A stretch of DNA of 64,000 bases, taken from Deferribacterales bacterium. GTDB taxonomy: Bacteria > Chrysiogenota > Deferribacteres > Deferribacterales > Geovibrionaceae. Each line of letters starts with the position of its first letter. The first letter of the stretch is position 1. Shown here in pieces: positions 48,371 to 58,717 of the stretch. Position numbers and translations under genes: made by a program. Where the stretch lies: the NCBI GenBank assembly GCA_050251945.1, contig JBFWLW010000003.1, positions 273,848 through 337,847 of the forward strand, given 5' to 3'. The notes under the pieces were generated by a model. That model searched no databases. It was not told the DNA's origin and worked only from the letters and a program-made list of their open reading frames with translations.

Positions 48371-51364
48371 TCATATAGATTTGTACAAATCTTCAACTGA
48401 CGGGATCTTACAGTCTAAATCACCAAGTCCGAACAAATCCTTAATCAATCCATCCATTTTCTTAGCATCACTATCAAACTTTCGTTCAAAAGTTAGTTTT
48501 GAACGCGCATCCGCTTTTAAAATATCAGCATGTAGCTTGTTTAAGCTCTTCTGGAGATCTGCAACAGCTTTGTGTTTTTTCACCTCAGTTGGTTTTATGA
48601 AATCGATAGTAGGGATTGGCATTCGTTTCTGAATTTTAGTTCCACGAGCAATAAAGCCACCTCGAAATACTTCGCCGTAAACAGAAGCAAACCACTCTAA
48701 ATACCTTGAAGTAAGAACTGCTTGTATATAATAGATGGAGTACTGGCATGTATCAGGTACGTTTATGATGCTATAACCAGCCGTTCCGCCTGATGAGACA
48801 AAAGTTCTGTGATTATCGATTGAGTACTTGAAGCCATTAGATAAAACACCAACAATGATTTTCTGTGCCACGTCACAGTTTTCAAGAGCTTGTGCTCGTC
48901 CATACCTATACCATTCATTAGGTGTTTTTGGGTCAGGCTTAATAGAGCGCTTTCCGTTGTTTAAGTGTTTTTTTACTACCTGCAAGAAATCAAGCATTCT
49001 TGGAAAGTTATGCAGCAGTTCGTCATACTCAATGAATAATACTCTTTCACCTACTTTTTTGTATGGGTAGATGACAAAAGCATTTGGCTCAACGTCCTTG
49101 TATGTATAGAAATGATCTTCTCCATTGCGGACAGTTTCAAAATAAGGTCGTGTAAGTTCTTTTTCTACTTGGTACTGCTTTCCTTCATACTCAAAGAAGA
49201 TATAGCCATTTTCTGTTTTTATTTCTTTATGAATATAATGAGCAGTCGCACTTGTCTGAATACCGTTCTCAATAGCCTTTTTACCTAAAACTTCCTCTAA
49301 AGTGTTAGATTTGCTATACATTTTTTTCAATATATCGTTGGTTTCTTTTTCAAGAATCCAAGTGTCTGAATCAAGTGTATCAACTTCATAGGTACTTGAA
49401 AGTAGTGATCTATCCTCACGATTTAGCCACTTTTTGTAGTCTTTGACTTCGTAGAAGGAAAACTTATCATGCTTTGATTTAGTTAAAAACAACAAGCATG
49501 TATATGTTGTTTTGTCCCTGAAAACCTGATTTGAGCCAAAAGAAATAAGTTTATAAAGGTACTTGTTATCTGCCAGAAGTTTTCTAAGCTTCTGACCTGC
49601 ACCAACTTTAGTAAATTTTGAAGGCAGTATGTAGCCAAGTTGGCCACCTTCTTTTAGGAGCTGCATAGAGCGTTCAACAAACAGGAAGTATTTGTCAAAT
49701 TGCTTATGTGCTGATTTGAATTTTTTCTTGTAGATTGTAAGTTCAGCTGGTGTAATCTGCTGCATGTGCTCAGTAGCCATATAAGGAGGGTTTCCAACAA
49801 TCACATCAAAACTATGGTTTACATTAAACGGATTCACCTTTAGTAAGTCAGATTGCTTAACATTGTCTGACAAATCAATCAGGCTATTGCCAAATAAAAT
49901 ATTATTGTCAGTCCTTGGCAATATTGGTTTTTTAGTTCCGATTGTATCATTTGACTCACCCTCCAGCAGCTTAAGGAGCAGGCCAAAAGAACAAGCATTA
50001 ACCGCATTGAAATCCTTATCTACACCATAGATACAGCGAGTTAGTATTTTCTTTTTGGCTTCAAACTTTAACTTATAACTATGTGGCGTAAGTTGTTGCA
50101 ACTTAGACTTATCATGGTCAATATAATAGTCCGTTAGGACATCTTGAATAGATTGAAATACTTCTAGCAGGAATGTCCCTGAGCCACATGCTATGTCTGC
50201 AAACTTGGAGCTTAATATCTGCTCATCAGTCTTACCTTTGCAATACTCAACAATGGTATTACGTACAATTTCTTTTACAATGTGATTTGGTGTGGTGACT
50301 ACATCTCTATCAATATGATTATCTTTAGGTTGAATTTCCACATCACCTTCTGAATTGACTTTGATGCGCTCGCTTAGAAATACCTCGTAAATGTTGCCTA
50401 AAATATCAGAGGAAAAAACTGAAAATGAATAGGTGCTCTGCGGGAAATAAAGCTGCTCAATAATCGCCCAGATACTAGATTCTTCATCACCGATCAACTC
50501 ATCGATATGACTTAAAGAAAATAGACCAGAGTTATACTTTTTGTCAGATTGTTTAAGTTGCTTGGTTAGTGATTGAAAGTCCCGATTTGCTGCATAATGA
50601 TAAAGAGTTTCATATTCTTCTAAATCACGGTCTTCACACACCCTCAAAAATACTATGCTGTTTATATAGTTCTGAGTAAGGTCATTTAATTCCTCTTCAT
50701 TTAACTTTGGCTTTATCTTCAAAAACTCGTCAGCCAGCATCAGACGCCATTGGTTAATTTGCTCTAAGAAAAGGTCATCAACACTATATCTTGAAATTTT
50801 ATCTTCAATGCCAGACCACTCATCATCAAAGCGCCCTGTATACACACTTTCTCGACCAACAAGGTGCAGAATCTCTTCTATGTTGTCAACAAGCTCAGTG
50901 TAGTGGTAGAGCTTAATTCGTGAGTTCGTAACTGTGTCAGCTTCTGCTACTTGATTCGAACAGTCATAGATAGCCGTATATTCAAAGTTTGATAGTACAG
51001 AAACCTTCAATTTAGCAGTAAAGCCATAACGCCTTAATTGCTTTGCTGGTTCTGGGTCTGATTCTATATGAACACTTGGTTTTTTAGCTTCTACAAAGAA
51101 TTTTCTTTCAGCGAAAAGGCGAAAAGTGTAATCAGGTTTTTTAGCATTTTCACCTGCCTTTGTTTTTAGCCCTTCTTCAACCAATACTTCTCGCTCATTT
51201 GTGGGCTTGCCATTGGAGTTTGTAATATCCCAACCAAGAATTATGAATAACTGGTCAAGGAAGTCAGTTCTAAGTTGAGTTTCATTATAAGCAGGAGAGC
51301 GATGTAAAGCTAAGTCTCCTTTATAGCGGTCAACTAATCTTTGTAACTGTTCAGTTTTTGTCAT
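48371..51364 (-). CDS. Type IIG restriction-modification enzyme (Eco57I-like)
   Basis: 997 aa: NETQLR..F, PD-(D/E)xK motif KPDY...VEAKK, DIACGSGTFL, GNPPY, C-terminal TRD; convergent with a separate MTase. Confidence 0.93.
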   Translation of the reverse strand: MTKTEQLQRLVDRYKGDLALHRSPAYNETQLRTDFLDQLFIILGWDITNSNGKPTNEREVLVEEGLKTKAGENAKKPDYTFRLFAERKFFVEAKKPSVHIESDPEPAKQLRRYGFTAKLKVSVLSNFEYTAIYDCSNQVAEADTVTNSRIKLYHYTELVDNIEEILHLVGRESVYTGRFDDEWSGIEDKISRYSVDDLFLEQINQWRLMLADEFLKIKPKLNEEELNDLTQNYINSIVFLRVCEDRDLEEYETLYHYAANRDFQSLTKQLKQSDKKYNSGLFSLSHIDELIGDEESSIWAIIEQLYFPQSTYSFSVFSSDILGNIYEVFLSERIKVNSEGDVEIQPKDNHIDRDVVTTPNHIVKEIVRNTIVEYCKGKTDEQILSSKFADIACGSGTFLLEVFQSIQDVLTDYYIDHDKSKLQQLTPHSYKLKFEAKKKILTRCIYGVDKDFNAVNACSFGLLLKLLEGESNDTIGTKKPILPRTDNNILFGNSLIDLSDNVKQSDLLKVNPFNVNHSFDVIVGNPPYMATEHMQQITPAELTIYKKKFKSAHKQFDKYFLFVERSMQLLKEGGQLGYILPSKFTKVGAGQKLRKLLADNKYLYKLISFGSNQVFRDKTTYTCLLFLTKSKHDKFSFYEVKDYKKWLNREDRSLLSSTYEVDTLDSDTWILEKETNDILKKMYSKSNTLEEVLGKKAIENGIQTSATAHYIHKEIKTENGYIFFEYEGKQYQVEKELTRPYFETVRNGEDHFYTYKDVEPNAFVIYPYKKVGERVLFIEYDELLHNFPRMLDFLQVVKKHLNNGKRSIKPDPKTPNEWYRYGRAQALENCDVAQKIIVGVLSNGFKYSIDNHRTFVSSGGTAGYSIINVPDTCQYSIYYIQAVLTSRYLEWFASVYGEVFRGGFIARGTKIQKRMPIPTIDFIKPTEVKKHKAVADLQKSLNKLHADILKADARSKLTFERKFDSDAKKMDGLIKDLFGLGDLDCKIPSVEDLYKSI

Positions 51365-51682
51365 TTTTTTCCCATAGCTAACCTGATTAGGTGTTTGTAA
51401 ATTTAAGTATACAAATTGTCACATAACAGCAAACTTTTGTCTACGAATAAGTAATTAAGCCGGAGGGTTAGCACTCAAAGAGGCGGGCTAAGATATAAAT
51501 GTGGGAGGTATTAATTAGGCTTTTTAGGATGAAGTTTAAGCATGTACATAAAATTGTAGAAACGTCGTCTATGTTAAACTAAACTACGAAATTTACGATG
51601 AAACTTGAAGAGATGAAGCTAGAATTGAGCCTTTACACAGTTAATATGACAGGCTCCCCAAGTGAGTTAATCTATAACATAT

Positions 51683-52189
51683 TTACATATTTGAAGAATA
51701 TGTGAGGTGTGATTCAATTTGTTCCATAGGCGGCAGAGCATAGCCTTTGTTTTGATAGCCTATGAGAGACACGTATCCATTCTGAATAACCTTAAATTTT
51801 GGATGAATATTATTAAGGCTTATGTCCAACATTCAGAGTGCCACTGCACACTGCTCAAGTTTTACCCCACGATTTGAGAGCTCATTGGCGAGATCTGCAA
51901 TTTCATTTTTGATCTTAACATCTTCAGGCGCAACATAACTGTTGCTGATGGTTATGAATCTTGATGCTGGCCCACGTACAGCAACAACTACAACTGGATT
52001 TACACCGCTTTCGGTAATGTTATCCATGGTTTCAAGAATGAATGAAAGACTTGTTTTTAGCTTGTTTGCTTCTCCTTGGTTGAGATCAACAACGAATTTC
52101 GCTGTTTTAAGACCCTTCAATGAATCCGGTTCGACAAATGCAGGAATTGCCAGAGTTAATATAAATAATGCGATTAATAACGTCTTCAT
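51683..52189 (-). pseudogene. DsrE-family exported protein with an in-frame TGA
   Basis: Signal-like N-terminus, VVAVRGPA, LEQCAVAL, TGA at 51833-51835, then the same frame continues MLDISLNNIHPKFKVIQNGYVSLIGYQNKGYALPPME, the usual DsrE C-terminus. Confidence 0.8.
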
Positions 52190-52210
52190 GATGTACTCCT
52201 ATTAAAGGAA

Positions 52211-52357
52211 TTACCCAACTTATTTGACTGAGACTATTTGAACGTTTGCAATTTTTCTGGTGAAGTTTTTTCCCAACATGGTACTATTCTTAAAAAGGGT
52301 GCGAGTTTATTAGTGACTTAGAGTTGGTTTTTTACCCAACATTATTTTGCCAAGACA
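52211..52357 (-). repeat. Tn7 distal (left-type) end with three spaced TnsB-binding sites
   Basis: TTACCCAACTTATTTG (52211), TTTCCCAACATGGT (about 52269), TTACCCAACATTATTTT (52332), terminal ACA at 52357. Confidence 0.88.
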
Positions 52358-52386
52358 CCTTTTTGTATTAAATAAGGAGTTATGAG

Positions 52387-53703
52387 TTGATAACGGAACT
52401 TTCGTTTCTTGTGTTTCTGATACTTCTGAACGCTTTTTTTGCGGCATCGGAGATAGCGCTTATCTCACTGAATGACAATAAACTTAAAATGCAGGCGGAG
52501 AGCGGAGATAAAAAGGCGATACTCATTCAATCCCTTCTCAGCGAGCCGGGCAGGTTTCTCGCCACCATACAGATAGGTATCACTCTGGCTGGATTTCTTG
52601 CCAGTGCGTACGCGTCAGAAACTTTTGCCGACAGATCCGCACATTATCTGTCATCAACTTTCCCCAACATACCTGAACACTGGCTTAAGACTCTTGCCAT
52701 GATTGCCATAACACTTATTCTTTCGTATTTCACACTGGTTCTGGGCGAGCTTGTGCCGAAACGCCTCGCAATGAAGAAGGCGGAAGCCATTGCAAGATTC
52801 ACCGCAAAGCCATTGCAGGTGCTTTATGTCTGCACGGCACCTTTTGTTAAACTGTTGTCCGTTTCTACCAACTTTTTTGTGCGTCTCGCAGGCGTTAACC
52901 CGGACGAAGAGGACGAGCATGTGACGGAAGAGGAAATCCGGATGATGGTGGATGTAGGCGAAGAGCGCGGTGCTATACATGAAACAGAAAAGCAGATGAT
53001 CAACAATATATTCGATTTTAACAATAAGAACGTTGCGGATATCATGACCCACAGAATAAAAATATGTGCTTTGCCTGTTGAGGCGGATTTTGAAGAGACC
53101 ATACGAGTGCTTAAGGCAGAGCAGTATTCACGCATACCGATATACAAAGAGAGCATCGACAATATCGTTGGAATACTCCAGTCAAAGGACGTTCTCAATT
53201 TTCTTGCGGAGAACCGGACGAGTGACGGGTTTGAGCTTGTGAAGATGATGCGCGAGCCGATGTTTGTTCCGGAGACAAAGCGCCTGGACCTGCTTTTCAC
53301 CGGCATGCAGGCGAATAAACGCCAGATGGCGGTTGCAATAGACGAATACGGCGGCACGGCAGGGATAGTCACTATAGAAGACCTTCTGGAAGAGATAGTG
53401 GGCAGCATTGTCGACGAGTATGACGATGAAGAGCAGGAGATAACCGAGAGCGGCGAGAATATATTCATCGTTGACGGTTCGCTGAATCTTTTCCGTCTGC
53501 GCGAGTTCTTTATGGCGGATTTTCCCGTGGACGACTTTGATACAGTCGGCGGATTCGTCACAGGACTTCTGGACAGGATACCTGTTACGGGAGACGTTGC
53601 GGAATGGAATAATTTTGTCTTTACGGCGGAAAAAGTTCAGGACAAACGCATCACAAAGGTGCGGGTGCAGGTGAAGACAGAGGATGAAGAGGATATAGTT
53701 TAG
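52387..53703 (+). CDS. HlyC/CorC (CNNM-CBS-CorC) family protein
   Basis: LNAFFAASEIAL, FLATIQIGITL, GELVPKRLA, YSRIPIY, DEYGGTAGIVTIEDLLEEIVG. Confidence 0.94.
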   Translation: MITELSFLVFLILLNAFFAASEIALISLNDNKLKMQAESGDKKAILIQSLLSEPGRFLATIQIGITLAGFLASAYASETFADRSAHYLSSTFPNIPEHWLKTLAMIAITLILSYFTLVLGELVPKRLAMKKAEAIARFTAKPLQVLYVCTAPFVKLLSVSTNFFVRLAGVNPDEEDEHVTEEEIRMMVDVGEERGAIHETEKQMINNIFDFNNKNVADIMTHRIKICALPVEADFEETIRVLKAEQYSRIPIYKESIDNIVGILQSKDVLNFLAENRTSDGFELVKMMREPMFVPETKRLDLLFTGMQANKRQMAVAIDEYGGTAGIVTIEDLLEEIVGSIVDEYDDEEQEITESGENIFIVDGSLNLFRLREFFMADFPVDDFDTVGGFVTGLLDRIPVTGDVAEWNNFVFTAEKVQDKRITKVRVQVKTEDEEDIV

Positions 53704-53760
53704 AGCATTTTTATAAAGAACAACGTATCTCATGAAAAGATGCCAAAATCAAATCAAAAT

Positions 53761-53842
53761 GAGATCTCTTCGTCACTGTCGCTTCTCGCGAAGAGGGAAT
53801 AAAAATCACGTCTCTGGAACCCTTTAAGGGTGAAGCAGTCTC
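53761..53842. repeat. REP-like inverted pair
   Basis: GAGATCTCTTCGTC...CTCGCGAAGA and CGTCTCTG...GAAGCAGTCTC, related to the copies at 22881 and 62064; between convergent genes. Confidence 0.6.
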
Positions 53843-53875
53843 GTATTTCGATATGCCGCATAACTTAAGAACGCT

Positions 53876-54637
53876 TTAAAAGAGTATTCCTGTCTGCGGG
53901 GTTTCTTTGCGCAGAACGCCGGTTTCTATGTTAAAGTTTTTACGGCAGTATTTAGCATAGCTCTCAAGTAGTTCATAATCGTTGTTCTCCTCGCTGACAT
54001 GCGCGAGGAACACTTTGCCAAGTCCTGTGTCGCATATGGTGCTTAAAAGCTTCACCGCGTCTTTGTTCGATAGATGTCCCTTCTGGGATGCGATGCGTTT
54101 TTTCAGATATGCGGGGTATTTGCCCTGCTCAAGAAGTTTCGGTTCATAGTTGGATTCAAGCACCAGCAGGTCGGTGCAGCAGAGGAATTTTTCCACTTCT
54201 TTTGAGACAATTCCAAGATCAGTTGCGAACGTTACAACCTTTTCCATAAAACTGAAACGATAGCCGAAAGGCTCGTTGCTGTCGTGGTTTATATCGAACG
54301 GGATAACTGACATCCCGTCTATGTCGTATTCACAGCCGCCGTCCAGAACGTAGATGTGGGAAGTTTCTCCCACAGTTTTGTAAAGGGCTGATGCGGTTCC
54401 TTCGCTGGCAAATATCTTAGGTGAAAATCTGTTTATGAAAGGCTTAAGCCCGCTCACATGGTCGTGGTGTTCATGGGTGATGAAAAGCTGTATCTCTTTG
54501 CCCTGAAAGCGTGTCGTATCGACGGCGGAGGTGATGCTTTTCATCGTTACGCCGCAGTCAACGAAGACAACTTTGTTGTCAAGTTCGAGGAAATAGCAGT
54601 TGCCCGAACTGCCTGACGAGACGCAGTTGAACGTCAT
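53876..54637 (-). CDS. MBL-fold metallo-hydrolase (YycJ/WalJ-like)
   Basis: SSGSSGNC, THEHHDH, ESNY, GHLSN, LAHVSEENN. Confidence 0.9.
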   Translation of the reverse strand: MTFNCVSSGSSGNCYFLELDNKVVFVDCGVTMKSITSAVDTTRFQGKEIQLFITHEHHDHVSGLKPFINRFSPKIFASEGTASALYKTVGETSHIYVLDGGCEYDIDGMSVIPFDINHDSNEPFGYRFSFMEKVVTFATDLGIVSKEVEKFLCCTDLLVLESNYEPKLLEQGKYPAYLKKRIASQKGHLSNKDAVKLLSTICDTGLGKVFLAHVSEENNDYELLESYAKYCRKNFNIETGVLRKETPQTGILF

Positions 54638-55143
54638 GCTGTCTGCACTCTGCCGAATCTGCGATAGAACAGAACAAAATAGATAGCGACGGCACAGTAA
54701 GCATAGTTCGGTTCACCTGAATCAAGAAAGCCAAGCCAAAGAAAAAAGATAAGCAGATAGAGCATTGCGTTTGTCCAATGAATTAACTCTTTCATCCTGC
54801 TAAAGAAAAACATTATAAGAAGGGTGACGCAGATGGCGGCAAGAGCAATATCGCCTTCAGTGCCTGAAGCTCCGTAGACCAGCAGAACAAGTATCACGCA
54901 TACGCCGGTGAATATCATAAAGATTGACGAAAAAGGTGATTCAGCAGAAAAAAGATGTGCTTTAACAGAGTGTTTTGCATATATCTTAGACGCGATGGAA
55001 GCCGCCGTAACAAGGAGCATCAACGTAATATCGGCATCCGTTACAAGCGCCGCGGCTATCGGCACCCAGAAGGGGATTGCGGCGAAAGCCACGCACAGTG
55101 TCAACGTCAGATTTGAATAGAAAGAGAAAAATCCAGAAGGCAT
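54634..55143 (-). CDS. Integral membrane hypothetical protein
   Basis: 169 aa, almost wholly hydrophobic, coupled to mutS and the MBL gene. Confidence 0.7.
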   Translation of the reverse strand: MPSGFFSFYSNLTLTLCVAFAAIPFWVPIAAALVTDADITLMLLVTAASIASKIYAKHSVKAHLFSAESPFSSIFMIFTGVCVILVLLVYGASGTEGDIALAAICVTLLIMFFFSRMKELIHWTNAMLYLLIFFLWLGFLDSGEPNYAYCAVAIYFVLFYRRFGRVQTA

Positions 55144-57701
55144 TATTCTTTTTCCGCCTTTTCTTTCATGGCGGCAAGCACGTTCAGCGCCATGAGAGGT
55201 GTAATGCTGTTAAGGTCGAGTTTTCTCAGCTCGTCCACAACCGGATGGTCGTCAAAGACCAGCATGGTCTGAACCACTCCGCCCATATCTTTGCCGCCCT
55301 TAGGTGTATTCACTATACCATGAGGTGAAAGCTCATTCTTTTCAAGGTTTTTTAAGATTTCATAAGCCCGCTTCACAACTTTTTTCGGAAGTCCTGCAAG
55401 CTCCGCAACGTGGATACCGTAGCTCTTGTCCGCAGTACCCTCAATAACCTTGCGCATGAAGATAAGCTCGCCTTTATGCTCAAGAACCTGCGTCGCAAGA
55501 TTTTTAACGCCTTCGTTCGTGAGCGCGATGTCCGTCATCTCGTGGTAGTGTGTTGCGAAAAGTGTTTTCGCCTTAACCTTGTCAGCGATATATTCAGCAA
55601 TTGACCATGCAATTGAAACGCCGTCGAATGTGGAAGTTCCTCTGCCTATCTCGTCCAGAATCAGCAGTGACTTTTCAGTGGCGTTGTTGAGGATGTTGGA
55701 AGTTTCAACCATCTCCACCATGAAAGTGGATTCGCCGCCGGCAAGATTGTCGCTTGCGCCCACGCGGGTGAAAACTCTGTCAACAAGCCCTATCTCCGCA
55801 GAAGTCGCCGGAACGAAAGAGCCTGTATGCGCCATAAGGGCGATGAGTGCGCACATCCGCAGATAAGTTGATTTACCCGCCATGTTGGGACCTGTTATGA
55901 TGGACAGGCGGCTGTCTGCGGTGTTCATCTCTATGTCGTTGGGAACGTATCCGTTTCTGATGTTGCGTTCGACAACGGGGTGCCTGCCGTCTTTGATTGA
56001 GATTATATCGCTGTCAGTGACATGCGGTTTGGCGTAGTTGTTTTTAACCGCAGCCTTGGCAAAAGACAGAAGCACGTCCAGTTCCGCCGCAACGGAAGCT
56101 GAATTTCTTATTCTCTGTGCGTTTTCCGCTATTTTGAGACGTATTTCGGTGAAAATCTCGTATTCCAGTGCAAAAAGTCTGGAATCAGCGTTGAGAATCT
56201 TGTCTTCAAGGTCTTTAAGTTCGGGGATAATGTATCTTTCGCCGTTGACTATGGTCTGTTTGCGGACATAGTGGTAAGGCACCTTATCAAGCGCGCCTTT
56301 TGATATCTCGATATAATAGCCGAACACCTTGTTGTATTTGACCCTCAGCGTACTGATGCCTGTAACGCTCTTTTCACGCGCCTCAATCTTCATAAGGATG
56401 TTTTTGCTGTTGTCCTTTATGTCGCGAAGTTCGTCCACTTCCGGATTGTAACCCGCGCGGATGATTCCGCCTTCGGTGAGTGTCATCGGAGGGTTGTCGC
56501 CGATTGCCGTATCTATAAGACCAGTCAGATCGTCCAGAGCGTCAAATCCTGCCGCCATCTCAGCGATGAGGGGATTATCACAGCTTTCAAGCATGTATTT
56601 TATGATTGGGAATGTTTTTGTGGAGTTTTTAAGCCACACAAGGTCTTTTGCGTTGCATCTGTTCGCGCCTATTCTGGTTGCGATGCGCTCAACGTCGTAA
56701 ACTTCCGAAAGCTGATTGCGGAGTTCTTCTGCAGTGTCCTGTCTGTTGATGAAAAACTCTGTTATCTCCTGCCGCCTGCGGATGTTTTCAACATTGCGCA
56801 GAGGATTGAGCAGCCATTTTTTCAGAAGTCTGGAACCCATGGTGGTCTGTGTATGGTTTAAAACGGAGAAGAGGGTATTTTCCTCGCCGCCGTCCCTGCT
56901 GTTCTTCACCAGCTCAAGGGTGGAAGATGCCACGCTGTCCAGATAAACACGCTCGTCGTCTGTCACCAGACGCGGTTTTAGAAGTTTAACGTCCAGCATT
57001 ACCCTTTGCAGGTGCTTTATAGCCATGTATACGGGACATGCGAAAGAGTTGTCGTCTATGCCAAGAGATTTGATTGCCGCCACGCCGTAATATTCGCTGA
57101 CTTCGCGCAGGGCAAGGTTTTCAGAGAAGGTGCCGAAAAAGCTGAAATCAGCTTCGTCGGTGACTTTGAAGTTGCGCACTGTCTCTTTAGGGCTGTATCT
57201 GGCGATGATGTCTTTAACGGTGCCTTCGGTGGCGGGTTCAAGATATATCTCGCCTGTGGATGAGTCTGCGAACGCCAGACGGTAATTTTTGTCGGATTTG
57301 AATATACAGGCGAAGAAGTTGTTGTCTGATGAAGGAAGTGCCGCTTCGTCAACGACAGTCCCGGGGGTCATCACCTTGGTAACGCCCCTTTTCACGATCC
57401 CCTTTGCCTGTGCAGGGTCTTCGAGCTGGTCGCATATGGCGACGTTAAGCCCAGCTTTCAGAAGCTTTACAAGATATGCCTGATAGCTGTGGTGGGGTAC
57501 GCCGCACATCGGCATGCCGTTCTCTTTGTCCTTTTCGCGGGAGGTGAGGGCGATGCCCAGTATTTTTGAAGCTGTTACGGCGTCGTCGCCGAACATTTCA
57601 TAAAAATCCCCCATGCGGAAAAAGAGAAGGGAACCCTGATGCTTCTCCTTCATCTCATAGAACTGCTGCATCATGGGGGTGATCTTTTCAGGTTTGCTCA
57701 A
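55143..57701 (-). CDS. mutS: DNA mismatch repair protein MutS
   Basis: TPMMQQ, FRMGDFYEMF, TGPNMAGKSTY, STFMVEM, DEIGRGTST. Confidence 0.99.
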   Translation of the reverse strand: MSKPEKITPMMQQFYEMKEKHQGSLLFFRMGDFYEMFGDDAVTASKILGIALTSREKDKENGMPMCGVPHHSYQAYLVKLLKAGLNVAICDQLEDPAQAKGIVKRGVTKVMTPGTVVDEAALPSSDNNFFACIFKSDKNYRLAFADSSTGEIYLEPATEGTVKDIIARYSPKETVRNFKVTDEADFSFFGTFSENLALREVSEYYGVAAIKSLGIDDNSFACPVYMAIKHLQRVMLDVKLLKPRLVTDDERVYLDSVASSTLELVKNSRDGGEENTLFSVLNHTQTTMGSRLLKKWLLNPLRNVENIRRRQEITEFFINRQDTAEELRNQLSEVYDVERIATRIGANRCNAKDLVWLKNSTKTFPIIKYMLESCDNPLIAEMAAGFDALDDLTGLIDTAIGDNPPMTLTEGGIIRAGYNPEVDELRDIKDNSKNILMKIEAREKSVTGISTLRVKYNKVFGYYIEISKGALDKVPYHYVRKQTIVNGERYIIPELKDLEDKILNADSRLFALEYEIFTEIRLKIAENAQRIRNSASVAAELDVLLSFAKAAVKNNYAKPHVTDSDIISIKDGRHPVVERNIRNGYVPNDIEMNTADSRLSIITGPNMAGKSTYLRMCALIALMAHTGSFVPATSAEIGLVDRVFTRVGASDNLAGGESTFMVEMVETSNILNNATEKSLLILDEIGRGTSTFDGVSIAWSIAEYIADKVKAKTLFATHYHEMTDIALTNEGVKNLATQVLEHKGELIFMRKVIEGTADKSYGIHVAELAGLPKKVVKRAYEILKNLEKNELSPHGIVNTPKGGKDMGGVVQTMLVFDDHPVVDELRKLDLNSITPLMALNVLAAMKEKAEKE

Positions 57702-57715
57702 AGAAAGACCCCTTA

Positions 57716-58705
57716 TTACATAGGTTTCAGAGTTTCAAAAGAGTGACATGTCCTGCATGTGTCCGAGTAGTCTTTTGCAGTGGCCCCGCAAGCCGAACAT
57801 TTGTAAAAGTCGGCGTGTTCCAGCACCAGCGCCAGCATCGCGTTATGCTCAATGGAGAGCGACGCGCGGGCTATGATGTTGGTGGGACCGAAGTTTTTGA
57901 TATACCTGTCTATGAACGCCTGCGCTTTATCCTTGTTGCCTGTTGAAAGGTAGCGGGAGATTACGTAGGTGTAGTTGAACGGGTTATCGGAACCCGCGTT
58001 TATGCGTTTGAGACAATGGCGCACCAGCCACTCGAATTTGCCCTCGTCGAAGAAGATGGTCTGAAACTTCATCATGTCGTGATGAACTGCGGTGAGACCG
58101 TCCTGAATAAAAGTTTCTATCTCTTCAACAGCTTTCGCTCCTTTGCCTTCCAGAAGATACTGGTCGATGAGCGCCATGCGCAGAACTCTTGATTTGGGGA
58201 TGTATTTCAGTGCCTGAGCGAAGCATTTTGAATAGCCTTCGTTTTTGTCTGTAACGACGCAGCGGTAGTAGCAGTAGCCTATTTCGTTGTCGAGGTTCAT
58301 GCCTGTCGTGCGCGCGAGGGATTTGTATGTGTTGGCAGCCTCGTCAAACTGTCCTGATTCGCGCAGAGCCTGTGCTTTCAGCATGATACCGTCGGGATCG
58401 GAAGTCATTTCAAGCTGCTTGGCAGCCTGTTTGAAATTGCCCGCGGCAAACATTATTTTGCCCAGTTCAACGTTCAGCGTCCGCTTTGTATGGCTGTCGA
58501 CGTCGTCGCTTCTGAGTATCGTTTCAATGATGTATGCAGCCTTGTCGTACTGTCCGAGTTTTTTGAAAACAAGTCCCGCAGTGTAGTACGCCTCTATGCG
58601 TTCCTTGCTGTCCATGACAGCGCTTTTAAGGAAAGTGGAGGCCTTTTCATAGTTGCCCTCAGTGAGAGCGGAGAGTCCTTTTAAAAAATCAGTGCTGTAT
58701 TTCAT
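57716..58705 (-). CDS. LapB-like TPR protein with C-terminal CxxC...CxxC domain
   Basis: TPR-like helices; YKCSACG...CRTCHSFETLKP; downstream of a LapA-like gene. Confidence 0.75.
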   Translation of the reverse strand: MKYSTDFLKGLSALTEGNYEKASTFLKSAVMDSKERIEAYYTAGLVFKKLGQYDKAAYIIETILRSDDVDSHTKRTLNVELGKIMFAAGNFKQAAKQLEMTSDPDGIMLKAQALRESGQFDEAANTYKSLARTTGMNLDNEIGYCYYRCVVTDKNEGYSKCFAQALKYIPKSRVLRMALIDQYLLEGKGAKAVEEIETFIQDGLTAVHHDMMKFQTIFFDEGKFEWLVRHCLKRINAGSDNPFNYTYVISRYLSTGNKDKAQAFIDRYIKNFGPTNIIARASLSIEHNAMLALVLEHADFYKCSACGATAKDYSDTCRTCHSFETLKPM

Positions 58706-58717
58706 GCAGTCCTCTGT

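Larger units (their letters stand above)
36457..52357 (+). mobile_element. Complete Tn7-family transposon at attTn7 (glmS)
   Basis: Ends TGTTTTGGTAAAATATAGTTGGGTAAAA (36457) and, as reverse complement, TGTCTTGGCAAAATAATGTTGGGTAAAA (ending 52357); CCTTT duplicated at 36452-36456 and 52358-52362; tnsABCDE present; visibly more AT-rich than the flanks. Confidence 0.97.

Noticed and set aside
51500..51706. Short broken plus-strand frames upstream of the type IIG gene
   Set aside because: No recognisable homology by eye; cannot be told apart from intergenic DNA.
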